38,685 nucleotides of DNA, taken from a virus (Duplodnaviria; Caudoviricetes). The notes beneath the pieces are model-generated. The model was not told where the DNA came from, did no database searches, and worked only from the letters and a program-made list of their open reading frames with translations. A program made the position numbers and the translations under genes. The stretch lies in IMG/VR virus record IMGVR_UViG_3300047399_000093, positions 1-38,685 of that record. One strand, 5' to 3'. The first letter of the stretch is position 1. Every line of letters begins with the position of its first letter. Below are positions 24,916 through 34,210 of the stretch, one piece after another.

Positions 24916-27072
24916 CATCTGGTCGGACCTTGTCTGCTGTCCGATGGGTTTCTGGATGGCCTCGGTGAGCAGCAGCTCGGAGGTGATGGTCCGGCCGAAG
25001 TTGGCGGGCTGCCGCAGCCAGGCCTCGATCGGCTCCCGCCATGGGTTGGAGACCTGGTAGGCCTCGTTCTCGGCATTGACCTTCAGGGCAAGGTCGACCG
25101 GGAGGAAGTTGGGCTCGTTGGCGCGGTAGGCGGCCACGGCACCGGACCAGATGGCGTCGCGCTCGGCGGCGAGGGTGGGGGTGTCGATCGGGCAGGCCTC
25201 GTTCCGGGTGGTGGGGATCACCCAGAAGCGGCGGTTGCCGGTGTCGTCGACGAGGAAGCCCTCGGAGCGGTTCGTGGAGCCGACGATGATGCCGCGGCGC
25301 GGGCAGTTCTCCACCGCCTTGCCGTAGGGCGCGCGGAACAGGTCGGACTGAGTGGTGAGGAAGCTCTTGATCTGTCCCGCGTGCTTGCGGGAGGTGACGT
25401 GATCGAGCTCGGCCCACTCCATGATCCAGGAGCGGTGGAGCTTCAGCAGGTCGTCCTTGGAGGAGAGGTCCCCGAGGGAGTCGGAGAAGAAGGGCCCGCC
25501 CAGGCAGGACCAGAAGGAGGACTTTCTGGCGCCCTGGTCCCCGGAGAGGATGCAGGTGGTGTCGTGCTTGGTGCCGGGCTCGAAGGCGCGACGGACGGCG
25601 CCGATGAGCGTGCAGCGCAGCATGTGGTCGTAGAGGGTCGGCTCCCCCAGGGCGGCGTCTTCGGGCCGCAGGTAGGCGGTGGCGAGGCCGCCGATGTAGG
25701 CCGGCGGAATCGTGGCGGCCACGTGTTCGAGGTAGAGCGTCACCGGGTCGTAGGGGTGCTCACGCGCCACTTGGACGAGGGCATCGAGGGCGAGGTCCTT
25801 GGAGACCTTGAAGCCTTGATCGGCGAGCTTCAGGTAGAAGCGCTCGGAGCCCTCTAAGGCTGCGCCGTCAAGCTCGACCTGTTGATGGAACACGTTCCAG
25901 CGGATGCGCTGCCCGTCGCGGGCTTGCTCGCGAAGCATGAAGAGCAGCTCAGCGGCTTCGAGCTTCTGAGGCTTGGGGAGGGCAGGTGCGTAGGGCTGCT
26001 GCTGCTGGCCTGGCGGCGGCGGTGATGGCGGTGGCCCGGGTGTGGCCTGCTGCTGCTGCTGCCGGGGAGGTGGTGGTGGCGGCAGCAGGGGGCGGCTGAG
26101 GCGAGTGTGGAAGCGCAGGCGGTCCTGCAGCTTCTCCTCTGGTGTGGAGGGGCTGGGGTTGCTGTTGGCAGCGCCGTCGAAGCGATGCCAGGCCTTCCGC
26201 TCGTCGAAGTCCCTGGCCTTGGGCTTGGCCGCGGCCACGTGGAGCGCGAAGGCCTGGGAGGCGGTGATGTCGGGGGTGTGGCCCTGGGAGCGGATCCACT
26301 GCTCGGTGCCGCGCAGGTCGAGGGCAAGGCGGAGCTGGTCGTCGTTCCATGAGCCGGGGGTGCCGCCGGACTCGATCAGCTCGCGGCTGTCGCGGCTGAT
26401 GAAGTCGAGGAAGGGAAGCGGCTCACCGAGGCCTGGTGTGGTGGTGGGGATGGCCTGCGGTGTGAGCAGCGGCAGCGGCTCGGGTTCGGGGTTGTCGAGC
26501 AGCAGCTCGATGAGGCTGAGGGGGGCCTCGTTGAGCACCTGCTCGGCAGGGCCGCGGCCGTTGAGCCAGCGATAGCCAGAGGTCTCTGGGTGTGCCCCGA
26601 TGACGACGGAGTAGTGGCGTGCCCAGCGGAGGTCGATCATCTCGGCCTTGCCGTCGGGCCCGAGCACCTTTGTGGGCTTGCCCGAGGTCTGGTCGGGCTC
26701 ACCGGTGTGCCAGTAGCGGCGGTTCCGGAGGGCGGGCCAGAAGTCGGTGGGAACGCGGTAGATGATCTGGAAGCGCCCGTCGCGACCGGATGTGGTGGCC
26801 CAGGACTTGGGGAGTGAGCGGAGAGGGATCCCGAGCCGCTCCAGCTGTGCGGTGGCGCTGATGCCGTCGTGATCGACGAAGAGGAGGCCACCGGAGGCGG
26901 GGCCACCCTGGACGCCGACGGCGTGAGCGCGACCGGCGATGATCTCGGCGGCCATCTCGGCCTTGGAGAGTGGCTTGTCCTGCCAGTCCTTCTGGTAGGC
27001 GCGCTTGCTGCCGTCGACGGCCACAAAGGCCCAGTCATCAGGCAGAGCCTGGAGCTGCTCGAGGAGTGACAT
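24823..27072 (-). CDS. Bifunctional primase-polymerase (Prim-Pol) fused to a VapE/VirE-type ATPase-helicase
   Basis: N-terminal K..YQKDWQ...GV..GPASGGLLFVDHDG...SVVIGAHP; C-terminal GDQGARKSS (Walker A), WIMEWAELD, FRAPYG, GSTN, DDTGNRRFW; Pro/Gln linker. Confidence 0.92.
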   Translation of the reverse strand: MSLLEQLQALPDDWAFVAVDGSKRAYQKDWQDKPLSKAEMAAEIIAGRAHAVGVQGGPASGGLLFVDHDGISATAQLERLGIPLRSLPKSWATTSGRDGRFQIIYRVPTDFWPALRNRRYWHTGEPDQTSGKPTKVLGPDGKAEMIDLRWARHYSVVIGAHPETSGYRWLNGRGPAEQVLNEAPLSLIELLLDNPEPEPLPLLTPQAIPTTTPGLGEPLPFLDFISRDSRELIESGGTPGSWNDDQLRLALDLRGTEQWIRSQGHTPDITASQAFALHVAAAKPKARDFDERKAWHRFDGAANSNPSPSTPEEKLQDRLRFHTRLSRPLLPPPPPPRQQQQQATPGPPPSPPPPGQQQQPYAPALPKPQKLEAAELLFMLREQARDGQRIRWNVFHQQVELDGAALEGSERFYLKLADQGFKVSKDLALDALVQVAREHPYDPVTLYLEHVAATIPPAYIGGLATAYLRPEDAALGEPTLYDHMLRCTLIGAVRRAFEPGTKHDTTCILSGDQGARKSSFWSCLGGPFFSDSLGDLSSKDDLLKLHRSWIMEWAELDHVTSRKHAGQIKSFLTTQSDLFRAPYGKAVENCPRRGIIVGSTNRSEGFLVDDTGNRRFWVIPTTRNEACPIDTPTLAAERDAIWSGAVAAYRANEPNFLPVDLALKVNAENEAYQVSNPWREPIEAWLRQPANFGRTITSELLLTEAIQKPIGQQTRSDQMQVGSIMREVGWSKRRATVDGRLKWVFFQPR

Positions 27073-27075
27073 GGA

Positions 27076-27273
27076 TCAGCCGGCCTCCCTGAGGCCCTGG
27101 GAGACGCCATCGAGGACGCCGATTGCGCCGCGCAGCTCATCCCTGCTGAGCCCGCGGCAATCGGCCATCAATTCCTCCTTCATGAAGCGCAGCACCTTGA
27201 TGATCCGCTCGCGTTCGTGGAGCACGCCAGCGCGCCAGGCGATGCTGTCGAGCAGTTCGAGGGGGCTGCTCAC
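27076..27273 (-). CDS. Hypothetical protein
   Basis: 65 aa, GTGA overlap with the upstream gene, fills the operon. Confidence 0.6.
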   Translation of the reverse strand: MSSPLELLDSIAWRAGVLHERERIIKVLRFMKEELMADCRGLSRDELRGAIGVLDGVSQGLREAG

Positions 27274-27569
27274 GCCTCCACCTCCAGCTCGGGCGACTCA
27301 GGGAATGGCAGGTGCTCGGCCATCTCCTGAGGCGTGAGGCCAGCGGTGTCGGCAGCACGCTGCAGGCGATTGGAGAGGATGCGGCACTGCTTGACGGTGG
27401 CCTCGCAGACGTACCAGGACCAGTTGCGGAAGCGGATCTGATGCTCGGCCCACTGCTCAGGCTTGAGGGCCCAGGAGAGGGCCTGCCAGTTGGAGAGGGG
27501 GTGGCAATGGTTGGCGTCGCGGTAGAGGCGACGGAGCCGCACCATGGCGGTCTCGGGTGCGATGGACAT
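27270..27569 (-). CDS. Hypothetical protein
   Basis: Likely start MSIAPETAMVRLRRLY; 99 aa, coupled to the downstream gene. Confidence 0.6.
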   Translation of the reverse strand: MSIAPETAMVRLRRLYRDANHCHPLSNWQALSWALKPEQWAEHQIRFRNWSWYVCEATVKQCRILSNRLQRAADTAGLTPQEMAEHLPFPESPELEVEA

Positions 27570-27639
27570 GGGTGGAGGCAAGTGGCCTCCGCACGCTACG
27601 GGCCCCGGGTGGTGCTGGCCTGAGGTGTGCAAGGTTTCG

Positions 27640-28032
27640 TTACATCGGCGGCAGATAGGGCGGGCAGAGGATGGCCCGTGCTTCGTCGACGTTGTGGGCG
27701 ACGCCGGCCAGGCCGCCGGCCTCTTGGACGTTGGCGATGAACTGCAGCTGCTCGGCCGTGGGCTTCGCGAGGTCCTTGGACTCGACGGCTGCGAACACGG
27801 CGATGCGTTGGCCGACCATCTCGGGCGTGATGGTGAGGGTGCGCCAGCCGATCCAGTCGGACGGGCCGCGGAGCACGGTGCCACCCATCGAGCCGAGGCC
27901 ATAGGCGACGGGCCGGCCGTTGCGATCGGGCAGCATGCCGACGTTGTTGCGCAGCAGGCGGCAGGGGCCGCGGCCGAAGGCCAGGGCGATGTCAGCCGAG
28001 ACCTTGGCCTCATCGGAATGGCGCCTGGGCAT
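27640..28032 (-). CDS. VRR-NUC family nuclease
   Basis: RNNVG...GPSDWIG...FAAVESK...PTAEQLQFI..V..AGGLAGVA. Confidence 0.88.
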   Translation of the reverse strand: MPRRHSDEAKVSADIALAFGRGPCRLLRNNVGMLPDRNGRPVAYGLGSMGGTVLRGPSDWIGWRTLTITPEMVGQRIAVFAAVESKDLAKPTAEQLQFIANVQEAGGLAGVAHNVDEARAILCPPYLPPM

Positions 28033-29413
28033 GTCGATGTCCTCGTGCTTCGAGCATCTTGGTCACCCATCCTGCCTTGTAGCCGCGATCGTGGGCGATC
28101 GCTTCGAGCTCCTCGCGGGTGCGCGCCTGGGCCACCTCGCGTCGTTCGATGCGGCGGATCTCAGCGCCGGTGAGCTCTCGCAGGTCGCCGTCGATGACCT
28201 TCAGCTCTCGCTTGGCCTGTTGCTCCAGGTGGCCGCATTCGGGGCAGGGGTTGGCGGTGGAGGGGATGATGCTGAAGCACTTCGCGCAGGCCCGGACCGG
28301 CAGGGCCTCGGTGGGCTTCTTCTTCTTGCCCTTCGGCCTGCCTTCAAGGGTCCACTCGCGGGGATCGGTGGGGAGGCCATGGCGGAGGCTGTTGCCCACG
28401 TGGTCGTTGATCACCGCGAATGGCTTGCCCTCGGAGGGCCGCAGGGCGCGGCCGACTTGCTGCAGGTGAAGCGACAGGCTGTCGGTGGGGCGGTAGAGAA
28501 TGGCGCCTGTGACCGATGGGATGTCGGTGCCCTCTGAAATGATGTCGCAGGAGGTGAGCACCTTCAGGCGTCCGGCGCCGAGGTCGGCGATCATGCGGCG
28601 CCGCTGGCCGCGATCGAGTGAGCCGTCGAGGCGCGCCGCGGGGATGTCGTTGGCACGGAAGGTCTCGGCCATGGCGTCCGCCACCTCGATGGAGGGGCAG
28701 AAGGCGATGGCGGTGCCGTTGTGGACGGGTTCGATCGTGCGGCGGTAGTGGGTGATGGCGTCACCCATGGCCTGGCCCTGGCGCAGGATGTCCCCGGAAT
28801 CGTGGCGGCCCTTGGCGGTGTCGAAGCGCTTGATGCCTGAGAGGTCGATCCCAGGCGGGGCGAAGATGCGTGCCGGCACCAGGAACCCCTCCTGGGTAAG
28901 CCAGGCCGCATCGGGTCCGAGGATCATGGTGTCGAACTGATCGCCGAGGCCGCGGCCATCGAGGCGCTCAGGCGTGGCGGTCACCCCGAGGATGTGGGCC
29001 TTGGGCATGGCGTCCAGCACCTTGGCCCAGGTGCCGGCGACGGCATGGTGTGCCTCGTCGACGATCAGCAGCTGGAAGAAGTCGGGCGGGATCTGGTGCA
29101 GGCGCCGGGCGAGGGTCTGGACGCTGGCCACCTGAACGCCGTGGGAAAGGTCCTGGCGGTAGCCGGAGGAAATGATGCCGTGCCTGCAGCCGATGGCGTG
29201 CAGGGATTCGGAGGACTGATCAACCAGCTCCTGGCGGTGGACGAGGATGCAGACCCGATTGCCTCGGATCGCGGCCTGCTCGGCGATGTAGACGAAGGTG
29301 AAGGTCTTGCCGCCGCCGGTCGGCAGGACAAACAGCACGCGGCGGTGGCCGGCCATGTAGGCACCTCTGATCTCAGCGACAGCAGTGGCCTGGAAGGGAC
29401 GTAGAGAGACCAT
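28010..29413 (-). CDS. SF2 DEAD/DEAH-box helicase with C-terminal zinc finger
   Basis: LRPFQ, PTGGGKT, DEAHH, GVTATPERLDG, SEGTDIP, QQVGRALR, CAKC...CPECG. Confidence 0.95.
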   Translation of the reverse strand: MVSLRPFQATAVAEIRGAYMAGHRRVLFVLPTGGGKTFTFVYIAEQAAIRGNRVCILVHRQELVDQSSESLHAIGCRHGIISSGYRQDLSHGVQVASVQTLARRLHQIPPDFFQLLIVDEAHHAVAGTWAKVLDAMPKAHILGVTATPERLDGRGLGDQFDTMILGPDAAWLTQEGFLVPARIFAPPGIDLSGIKRFDTAKGRHDSGDILRQGQAMGDAITHYRRTIEPVHNGTAIAFCPSIEVADAMAETFRANDIPAARLDGSLDRGQRRRMIADLGAGRLKVLTSCDIISEGTDIPSVTGAILYRPTDSLSLHLQQVGRALRPSEGKPFAVINDHVGNSLRHGLPTDPREWTLEGRPKGKKKKPTEALPVRACAKCFSIIPSTANPCPECGHLEQQAKRELKVIDGDLRELTGAEIRRIERREVAQARTREELEAIAHDRGYKAGWVTKMLEARGHRHAQAPFR

Positions 29414-29565
29414 GCGCGAATCGGTTGACGTGAAGAGAAGAATCCCAGATTGTCGTGCGAAATCAATGGGTTGTAACAGTATGTGAAGGTATCGGGAGGG
29501 AAGCCGGATGATGTGGAAGGAAGCCTGTAGGGTCGGATCGTCCCTCACGCCACAGAGCATGGACG
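29414..29565. promoter_or_regulatory. Divergent early promoter region with an HLR1-like direct repeat
   Basis: AT-richer gap between the divergent helicase and RecE genes; TTGTAACAGTATGTGAAG at 29471-29488. Confidence 0.55.
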
Positions 29566-30375
29566 ATGCCTGAGCTCACCCGTCACCCCGGCCTCACGAA
29601 CGAGGCCTATCACGCGCTGAAGGCGGTCTCGCCCAGCCAGATCAAGGAGCTCAACCGCTCCCCGCTTCACTACTTCGATCGTCACCTGGCGGACGACCGC
29701 GAGAAGAAGGAATCGACGCCGGCCATGCAGCTCGGCACGGCGCTGCACACCGCCGTGCTGGAGCCCGACTTGTGGGACCAGACCGTCGCAGTGCCGCGGC
29801 AGGCGTTTGATCGCCGCACCAAGGCAGGGAAGGAGCTGGCCGCTGAGTTCGAGCGCGAGGCCGCCGGCAAGATCGTGCTGTCGCCCGACGATGCAGAGAC
29901 GATCCAGCGGATGGCGGCGGCCGTGCGCTCGCACCCTGCCGCGAAGTTCCTGCTCGACATCCCGGGCCAGCGTGAGGCGTCCTACACCTGGACCGATGCC
30001 GCCACCGGCCTGGAGTGCAAGACGCGGCCCGACTGGCACTCCGACGATCGCCGCCTGGTGGTCGACGTGAAGACGACGAAGGACGCGAGCCGGTCTGAGT
30101 TCGCGCGCAGCATCGCCAACTTCGACTACCACGTCCAAGCAGCGTGGAATCTCGATGCCATGGAGGCGGAGAAGTTCCTGATCATCGCGGTGGAGAACGT
30201 GCGGCCCTATGCGGTCGCGGTCTACCCGCTGTCGCCGGCGCTGATCGCCGCCGGGCAGCGGCGGGTGAGCGCTGCGATGGAGCTGCTGGCGGAGTGCCAC
30301 CGGTCGGGCCGCTGGCCGGGCTATGGCGACCTGCTGCAGGACGACCTCGATCTGCCCGGATGGGTGCGTGATTGA
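29566..30375 (+). CDS. RecE/exonuclease VIII-like PD-(D/E)xK nuclease (DUF3799)
   Basis: YHA..AVS.S, GTALHTAVLEP, CKTRPDW, VDVKTT, YHVQAAW, WPGY. Confidence 0.92.
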   Translation: MPELTRHPGLTNEAYHALKAVSPSQIKELNRSPLHYFDRHLADDREKKESTPAMQLGTALHTAVLEPDLWDQTVAVPRQAFDRRTKAGKELAAEFEREAAGKIVLSPDDAETIQRMAAAVRSHPAAKFLLDIPGQREASYTWTDAATGLECKTRPDWHSDDRRLVVDVKTTKDASRSEFARSIANFDYHVQAAWNLDAMEAEKFLIIAVENVRPYAVAVYPLSPALIAAGQRRVSAAMELLAECHRSGRWPGYGDLLQDDLDLPGWVRD

Positions 30376-30442
30376 TCAGCAGCTCGCCGTGCTGCTGTGG
30401 GCCATCGCCCTCGGGCTGGCCTACATCGCAGTGCGGCGGTGA
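30368..30442 (+). CDS. Possible 24-aa membrane peptide
   Basis: GTG start: MIDQQLAVLLWAIALGLAYIAVRR*; overlaps the recE end. Confidence 0.35.
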   Translation: MIDQQLAVLLWAIALGLAYIAVRR

Positions 30443-30457
30443 GAGAAAGGAGAGCAG

Positions 30458-30622
30458 ATGTCCTTGCCCGACTCGTTGCAGTTCCTGGAGCCGCCCACCG
30501 TGGTCGAAGCGCTCCAGGCCCTGGAGCACCTGGCAGCCACCATCCAGATCCTGGATGAGCTGAGCCTGGCAGATCAGGACGCCATCGACCGCATGTTCCG
30601 ATTCATTCAATCCAAGCGATGA
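30458..30622 (+). CDS. 54-aa hypothetical protein (not in the ORF track)
   Basis: AAAGGAG RBS; MSLPDSLQFLEPPTVVEALQ...RFIQSKR*; ATGA overlap with recT. Confidence 0.65.
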   Translation: MSLPDSLQFLEPPTVVEALQALEHLAATIQILDELSLADQDAIDRMFRFIQSKR

Positions 30623-31368
30623 CAGATTCAACCGCGATCACAGTCCAGCAGCAGCAGCCGATGCCGCTCGCGTTCCTGCACGACGGGAAGGCGTTCGATC
30701 ACCTGTGGAGGGTGGCGAAGGCGTTCAGCATGTCAGGCATGGTGCCAGCGCATTACCAGGGCAAGCCGGAGGCGTGCATGGTTGCGCTGATGTACGCCGA
30801 GCAGCTCGGTGAGCATCCGATGCTGATGTTCCAAGAGATGGCGCCGATCAAGGGCCGGCCGAACACGTCAGCACGGTTTGCGATCGCCCGAGCGAACAAG
30901 TCCGGCCTGCTGAAGGGCACCATCACCTGGGCCAGCAAGGGGCAGGGTGATGGCCTGGAGGTGACCGCCAAGGCGGTGTTGCGGGATTCTGGCGAGGCGA
31001 TCAGCGCGACCGTAACGATGCGGGAAGCGATCGCCGATGGTTGGACCCGGAATGAGAAGTACCGGAGCATCCCGGAGCAGATGCTGCGGTGGCGGAGCGC
31101 AACGCGGCTGATCAACCTCTACATCCCGGAGGTGCTGTTCGGCCTTGGGGTGAAGGAGGAGATCGAAACTGTCACCGTGCGCGGTGCGGATGTGTTGCCT
31201 CAAGGCAACGATGTCGTCGCGCAACTTAATGATCAGATCCGAGCGACTGCTGAAACTGTAGAAGTGCTGGACGATCGTCCAACAGCAACCGCAGCGGCAA
31301 GCGAGGCAACAACAACACCAACGGTCATCGAGCCGGGGGAGACTGTCATAGAAGAAGAGCTGTTCTGA
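30619..31368 (+). CDS. RecT-like ssDNA annealing recombinase
   Basis: AKAFS.SGMVP.HYQGKPEAC.VA...A..LG..P, VTMREA..DGW..NEKY..IPEQML..R; adjacent to RecE. Confidence 0.85.
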   Translation: MTDSTAITVQQQQPMPLAFLHDGKAFDHLWRVAKAFSMSGMVPAHYQGKPEACMVALMYAEQLGEHPMLMFQEMAPIKGRPNTSARFAIARANKSGLLKGTITWASKGQGDGLEVTAKAVLRDSGEAISATVTMREAIADGWTRNEKYRSIPEQMLRWRSATRLINLYIPEVLFGLGVKEEIETVTVRGADVLPQGNDVVAQLNDQIRATAETVEVLDDRPTATAAASEATTTPTVIEPGETVIEEELF

Positions 31369-31375
31369 GGCACCA

Positions 31376-31588
31376 ATGACAGAAGACGCATATCTGACAC
31401 CTAAGGAGCTTGCCCATCGTTGGCGGCTCAACCATCAGACGCTGGCCAACTGGAGGATGGCCAAGGAGGGGCCGCCGTACATCAAGATCGGCGCCCGCGT
31501 GCTTTATCCCCGCGAGGGGGTCCACGCCTATGAGAAGCTTAACCGCTCATGGCTTGGAGACAATCAACCTATGCAGCAACAATCATGA
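31376..31588 (+). CDS. Excisionase/AlpA-like HTH protein
   Basis: YLTPKELAHRW....TLANWR...GPPYIKIG.RVLY. Confidence 0.9.
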   Translation: MTEDAYLTPKELAHRWRLNHQTLANWRMAKEGPPYIKIGARVLYPREGVHAYEKLNRSWLGDNQPMQQQS

Positions 31589-31608
31589 GCTTTGATGAAG
31601 TGAGAAAC

Positions 31609-32157
31609 ATGGTGATGCGCTCGGCAGTGCATCACTTCGTCGGCCGCCTGGGTGCTGATCCTGAGATCAAGTACCTGAACGGTGGGCTGGTGGTGGCCAC
31701 GGGCCGAATGGCCGTGAACAGGCTGGGGGTGCCGCGCGGGCAGGATGTGCCGCCGGACTGGTTCACCGTGGAGGTGTGGGGTGAGAAGGCCCAGGGCTTT
31801 GTGGACACCTGCCGGAAGGGCTGCCAGATCCAGGCGATCGGCCGGGTGAAGGCGAACCAGTGGACCGATCGGAATGGTGTGGACCGGGTGGACCCGATCG
31901 TGGTGGCGGACGCGGTGCAGCTGCTGGCGATGCCGCAGCAGCAGCAGGCGCCACCGGTGCAGCAGCAGGGCTATGCCCCCCAGGTTGCCCCCCAGGGCTA
32001 TGCGCAGCCGCCGGCGCAGCAGCCGGCCTACGGCCCGCAGGGTCAGCAGTGGGCAGCTCCGCAGCAGCCGCCGACGCAGCAGGGCTACGTGCAGCAGCAG
32101 GCGCCGCCGCCGGCACCAGCCTCCCAGGGCCCGCCGAACAGCCCGCCTCCGTTCTGA
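31609..32157 (+). CDS. ssb: Single-stranded DNA-binding protein
   Basis: VGRLGADPEIKY...AVNR...DWFTVEVWG..A...KG...W.DR.G; Gln/Pro-rich tail ending in PF; start uncertain (31585 or 31609). Confidence 0.92.
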   Translation: MVMRSAVHHFVGRLGADPEIKYLNGGLVVATGRMAVNRLGVPRGQDVPPDWFTVEVWGEKAQGFVDTCRKGCQIQAIGRVKANQWTDRNGVDRVDPIVVADAVQLLAMPQQQQAPPVQQQGYAPQVAPQGYAQPPAQQPAYGPQGQQWAAPQQPPTQQGYVQQQAPPPAPASQGPPNSPPPF

Positions 32158-32173
32158 TCGCTCACCCTCGCGA

Positions 32174-32193
32174 GGCCCCGGGCAACCGGGGCC
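32174..32193 (+). terminator. GC hairpin after ssb
   Basis: GGCCCCGG-GCAA-CCGGGGCC perfect stem with a GNRA loop; no U-tract, so it may be a stabilising or processing hairpin. Confidence 0.4.
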
Positions 32194-32202
32194 CGTCTCC
32201 CC

Positions 32203-32715
32203 ATGATCGAGCCTGACTTCCTGGCGTCGCTTCGCCGTCAACACTACGCCCCCCAGCTGTTGCTGCTCGTTCAGCTGGAGCAGGTGACACCGGGGTACTG
32301 GCTGACGCAGGCCGACCTGGCGGAGCAGCTGGGCATCACGCCGGAGACGCTTCGGAAGAGCATGGCCTGGCTGCGCGATCGCGACCTGCTGCGGTTCACA
32401 TGCGGAATGCGCGGGACGTGGGTGTGGTGGGTCGCCAGGAGGGAAGGGGAGAGGCCGGATGAGAGCCAGGAGCCGTGCTGGTTGTTCCGCACGAGGAGAT
32501 CAGGCAACCTGTATCGAGTGCCGATGTCCGGGGTCGAGGCGTGGGCGGCCAGGAGGCGCATCCACAAGGAGACGCTGAAGCACTGGCTGATGGGAACGCA
32601 GCGGGTGCTGGCTGGCCAGTGGGAGCTGGCGGGCACGCCGATGGATCCGTTCATGCCGAATTGTGAAGATGAGCAACAGACACGTGGCGGCCGACGCCGT
32701 GCAGCGGCGGCCTGA
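32203..32715 (+). CDS. Winged-HTH DNA-binding protein
   Basis: LTQADLAEQLGITPETLRKSMAWLRDRDLL. Confidence 0.75.
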   Translation: MIEPDFLASLRRQHYAPQLLLLVQLEQVTPGYWLTQADLAEQLGITPETLRKSMAWLRDRDLLRFTCGMRGTWVWWVARREGERPDESQEPCWLFRTRRSGNLYRVPMSGVEAWAARRRIHKETLKHWLMGTQRVLAGQWELAGTPMDPFMPNCEDEQQTRGGRRRAAAA

Positions 32716-32740
32716 CCATCAACCACAGCAGAACGACACC

Positions 32741-33031
32741 ATGACGACCGACCTGTCCAAGATCCTCGAGGAGCGCGGCAAGCGCTACGGCTGCTTCAAG
32801 GACCACGCTGCCGTGACCATGAAGCTGAAGCTGATCGCCAGGGGCCACCTCTGCGATCACCGGGTCTACCTGGCCCACGACCAGGAAGAGGCCCTGGACA
32901 TGATCTTCCACAAGATCGGCCGGATCCTCAACGGCGACCCGAACTACGCCGACAGCTGGGACGACATCGCGGGCTACGCGAAGCTCGTCGCCGATCGGCT
33001 GCACACCGAGCAGCAGCAGACCCCTTCGTAG
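32741..33031 (+). CDS. DUF6378-like phage protein
   Basis: ILEERGKRYG.F...EALDMIFHKIGRILNGDPNYADSWDDIAGYAKLV. Confidence 0.8.
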   Translation: MTTDLSKILEERGKRYGCFKDHAAVTMKLKLIARGHLCDHRVYLAHDQEEALDMIFHKIGRILNGDPNYADSWDDIAGYAKLVADRLHTEQQQTPS

Positions 33032-33137
33032 ACTTCCCATGCCGGGCCGCTCCGTCAGCAGCGGAGCCCCTTCAGTGACGAAGCCTGGGGGGGATGGCGT
33101 CACCAGATGGAGGGCCCATGGCCCGGCACCCCACACC

Positions 33138-33620
33138 ATGACGATCTGTCCATCCTGCGGCAGTGCCGATACTGTCGCGCTCGATTCACGTCGCCTGTCC
33201 GACGGATTGCGCCGCCGGGTGCGGCGCTCCTGCCGAGCCTGCTCCACCCGCTGGACACTGGTGGTGCCGATCAAGGATCCAGGCCGCGCCTGCGAGGCCT
33301 GCCACAGCCTGAGCGCCAGCGTGCTCGAGTCGAGGGTTACCAAAGGCGACCGGCGACGCGTCCGGCAGAAGTGCCGCGACTGCGGCCACCGGTGGACCGT
33401 CTGGATCCTGGCGGATGGCTCGGTGAGCAACGCCGCTCAACGCCAGAGCACGCAACGGCCACGCCTGACCTGCCTCGACTGCGACCGCTGGCAAGGCGAA
33501 ACGGCTGACCACCCGTGCTGGTTCAGGTTCCCCGACCCGATCGAGGAAGGAATCGGCTTCGCCGCCGACTGCCTCCAGTTCCGCCAGCGTGAAGAGTTGC
33601 AACAGCCATGTTGCGCATGA
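33138..33620 (+). CDS. Protein with tandem NrdR-like zinc ribbons
   Basis: CPSCG...LDSR...RRVRRSCRACSTRWT and CEAC...VLESR...RRVRQKCRDCGHRWT, plus a C-terminal CLDC..C..C. Confidence 0.75.
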   Translation: MTICPSCGSADTVALDSRRLSDGLRRRVRRSCRACSTRWTLVVPIKDPGRACEACHSLSASVLESRVTKGDRRRVRQKCRDCGHRWTVWILADGSVSNAAQRQSTQRPRLTCLDCDRWQGETADHPCWFRFPDPIEEGIGFAADCLQFRQREELQQPCCA

Positions 33621-33663
33621 TCACGCCGGCCGCAAACTACCCACGTCCCACGTCACACCTACG

Positions 33664-33798
33664 ATGCGACCGCTTCTCTCCACAGCCCTGTGGCTGACCT
33701 TCTTCGGCTGCGGTTTTCTGGCCCTGAACAGCAGCCTGGCCGACATGACCAAGGCGGACTGCCGAGCCGGGATCCACCGCGCGTGCGAGGGCCAGTGA
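33664..33798 (+). CDS. Small membrane-anchored protein
   Basis: MRPLLSTALWLTFFGCGFLALNSSLADMTKADCRAGIHRACEGQ; TGATG coupling to the next gene. Confidence 0.6.
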   Translation: MRPLLSTALWLTFFGCGFLALNSSLADMTKADCRAGIHRACEGQ

Positions 33799-33995
33799 TG
33801 TACGGCCTGAAGCGCGGCCGGCAGTGGCTCTCTGCCGGCGGACCCGTGATCAACGGGCTGGTCCCAGAGGTGATCGTGCTGGCGGACGACAGCCGCGACG
33901 CCTGGCTATCGCCCACCCTGGACGATGCACTGGAGCGGCGGACGCTGCTGCAGATGGCCTTCGGGCTGACCACCGAGGTGAGGGCGATCCGATGA
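33798..33995 (+). CDS. Hypothetical protein
   Basis: MYGLKRGRQWL...; coupled at both ends. Confidence 0.6.
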   Translation: MYGLKRGRQWLSAGGPVINGLVPEVIVLADDSRDAWLSPTLDDALERRTLLQMAFGLTTEVRAIR

Positions 33996-34210
33996 ACCGC
34001 ATCCGTCTGCAGCAGCTGAACGAAAGGCCATGGCGGTTCAAGACCGGTGATCGCCTGTTCGTTCGCGGCTGGCATCAGGGCCAGACCGTGACCGTGCGGC
34101 GTCGCGCCGCCGGCACCTTCCCCACCTACTGGGTGATCGACGAATGGGGTGACTCCTGGCGGATCGCCCAGATCGAACTCAGCTCCCGACCCATCGCTCC
34201 TGACGCATGA
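33992..34210 (+). CDS. Hypothetical protein (SH3-like beta-barrel pattern)
   Basis: WRFKTGDRLFV...PTYWV.DEWG; ATGA overlaps at both ends. Confidence 0.6.
   Translation: MNRIRLQQLNERPWRFKTGDRLFVRGWHQGQTVTVRRRAAGTFPTYWVIDEWGDSWRIAQIELSSRPIAPDA

Noticed and set aside
25990-26090. CTG/GGT triplet runs
   Set aside because: They encode the Pro/Gln linker of the primase-helicase (likewise the SSB tail) and are not a separate element
30372-30563. 63-aa Cys/Ser/Pro-rich ORF
   Set aside because: Out-of-frame composition; the region is better explained by 30368-30442 and 30458-30622
17624-32382. HIP1 (GCGATCGC) occurrences as a host signal
   Set aside because: Only a handful were noticed, and enrichment cannot be judged at this GC content without counting
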